The position numbers and the translations under genes are program-made. 64,000 nucleotides of DNA, taken from positions 27,462 to 91,461 of the forward strand of contig JAKSBK010000095.1 of NCBI GenBank assembly GCA_022361155.1, written 5' to 3'. The stretch comes from Pseudomonadota bacterium. GTDB taxonomy: Bacteria; Myxococcota_A; Polyangia; Polyangiales; JAKSBK01. Below are positions 62,568-64,000 of this stretch, piece by piece; within the stretch, counting starts at the first letter, position 1, and every line of letters begins with the position of its first letter. The notes under the pieces are model-generated. The model was not told where the DNA came from. It made no database searches and saw nothing but the letters and a program-made list of their open reading frames with translations.

Positions 62568-64000
62568 GTGACCACCAGCTATCCACGCCCATCGTCCCGC
62601 ACCATCGCCTGGCAGGGCGGCATTCTGCTGCTTGTGTTGTTGATGTTCTCGCTTCCAGCGTTGGCGCACTTTTACATCGACTACCAGTGGTTTCGTTCGG
62701 TCGGGCACGAGGATGTCTTCGTCACGCTGCTATCGACGAAGGCCTGGTTGGGCGCGGGGGTGGGACTGGTGACGCTGGCCTTGCTCCTGGCCAACCTACA
62801 GTTCGCTCTGCGTGCCTCGGCTGGACTGACCTCGGCCAAGCTCACCGATCCCGATGGCATCCCGCGAGTCGATCTGGGGCAGGCGGCCAAGCGGCTCGTG
62901 CTGCCCATGAGCATCGCCATCGGGCTGGTGTCGATGCTCAGCAACCTGGCGAAATGGGACCTGTGGCTGAAGTTCTCCCACGCGATGGAGTTCGGAACCG
63001 CGGACCCCATCTTCGACCGAGACGTGGGCTTCTACCTATTCCGACTCCCGCTGCTCGAGACGCTGACGGGGCTGTTCCTGTGGACCGTGGGCTTCATCGC
63101 GCTGACGTCCGGCGCCGTCTACTTGATGCGGGGCGCCATTGCGAGCTCGGTCGGGCAAATCAGCGTTCATCCCAGAGCCCGTCATCATCTCGCTGTGCTC
63201 GCGGGGCTTTTCTTCCTCGGTCTGGCCTGTGACACCTACTTGGACGCATACGGTCTGCTCTACTCGGAGCTCGGGCCCATGACCGGTGCGAGCTACGCGG
63301 ACGTGAACGCGCGCCTGCCGGCGCTGAGAGTAAAGGCTGCCGTCGCGTTGCTGGCCGGGGGCGTCCTCGTGTACGCCATCCTGCAGACGCGCCCGGCCTA
63401 CTTTGCGGCGGCTTTTGCGGGCTACATCGCCACACACGTATTGGGCGTGGGCCTCTACCCCTATCTCGTGCACCGCTTCAATGTCGTTCCCAACGAATTC
63501 GAGAAGGAGAGCCCGTACCTTCAACACAACATCACGGCCACTCGCGCCGCCTATGGTCTCGAAAACGTCCTCGAGCGTGAGCTCAGTGGCGAGATCGCGC
63601 TGACCCGGCAGGACATCGAGCGAAACGAGCCCACGGTGGCCAATATCCGGCTATGGGATCATCAGCCGCTGCTGGACACGTTCGCTCAGATCCAAGAGAT
63701 CCGCACCTATTACGAGTTCGCGTCGGTGGACAACGATCGCTACGAAATCGAGGGCCGGCTGCGGCAGACCATGCTCTCGCCACGCGAGCTGTCGACTCAG
63801 AGCCTTCCCAACCGCACATGGATCAACGAGCGCTTTACCTTCACACACGGCTACGGCCTCACACTCGGTCCAGTCAACGAGGCAACGAACGAAGGGCTGC
63901 CGGTCCTGATGATCAAGGACATCCCACCTGGTGCAACGCAAGCATCGGTGACAGTGACGCGTCCATCCATCTATTACGGCGAACTGTCCAACGACCACGT
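62568..64000 (+). CDS. UPF0182-family large membrane protein (5' part; continues beyond the window)
   Basis: Not in the ORF track because it is open-ended. GTG 62568 (or 62550) start. Reads IAWQGGILLLVLLMFSLPALAHFYIDYQWFRSVGHEDVF, multiple TM helices, then RLWDHQPLLDTFAQIQEIRTYYEFASVDNDRY, which is characteristic of UPF0182. Confidence 0.85.
   Translation, partial: MTTSYPRPSSRTIAWQGGILLLVLLMFSLPALAHFYIDYQWFRSVGHEDVFVTLLSTKAWLGAGVGLVTLALLLANLQFALRASAGLTSAKLTDPDGIPRVDLGQAAKRLVLPMSIAIGLVSMLSNLAKWDLWLKFSHAMEFGTADPIFDRDVGFYLFRLPLLETLTGLFLWTVGFIALTSGAVYLMRGAIASSVGQISVHPRARHHLAVLAGLFFLGLACDTYLDAYGLLYSELGPMTGASYADVNARLPALRVKAAVALLAGGVLVYAILQTRPAYFAAAFAGYIATHVLGVGLYPYLVHRFNVVPNEFEKESPYLQHNITATRAAYGLENVLERELSGEIALTRQDIERNEPTVANIRLWDHQPLLDTFAQIQEIRTYYEFASVDNDRYEIEGRLRQTMLSPRELSTQSLPNRTWINERFTFTHGYGLTLGPVNEATNEGLPVLMIKDIPPGATQASVTVTRPSIYYGELSNDH

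Overview
High-GC (about 65-70% by eye) bacterial chromosomal segment. Gene content looks myxobacterial (Myxococcota): a MYXO-CTERM-like sorting tail, DUF4388, many Ser/Thr-kinase, PP2C and FHA signalling proteins, and an OmpA protein with thrombospondin-type repeats. I can support about 55 CDS and 3 tRNAs: Ser-UGA, Leu-UAA and an unusual Leu-AAG. I saw no rRNA, CRISPR array, transposase or integrase. The housekeeping backbone is hisS, typA, folC, accD, pgeF, aroQ-accB-accC, lgt, rsmI, mtnP, panD and a sigma-32-family factor.

The most interesting content is:
1. A compact divergent lipid or amino-ketone biosynthetic cassette at 6.1-13.2 kb: an alpha-oxoamine synthase and a KS plus catalytically dead KS partner on one side, and a fatty acyl-AMP ligase, two ACPs and a hotdog thioesterase on the other.
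2. A roughly 50-nt intergenic repeat family with three copies. One lies inside the cassette, one in the LysM peptidase/oxidoreductase divergent region, and one just upstream of mtnP.
3. Orphan type III secretion or flagellar-like parts in a genome context without any other secretion apparatus genes: an SctQ/FliN-like protein, an SctL/FliH-like protein fused into an operon with a site-2 protease, and an FlgM-like protein.
4. A MshEN/HD-GYP/REC/DUF4388 c-di-GMP protein.
5. A 13-bp x7 tandem array abutting the panD start codon.
6. A 19/20-nt long-range inverted repeat linking the stop codon of a PP2C/cNMP gene to the Shine-Dalgarno region of the next gene.
7. A lower-GC two-gene islet (HAD-IIA phosphatase plus APH-like kinase).

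Many long ORFs in the track are antisense artefacts of the high GC content and were rejected.
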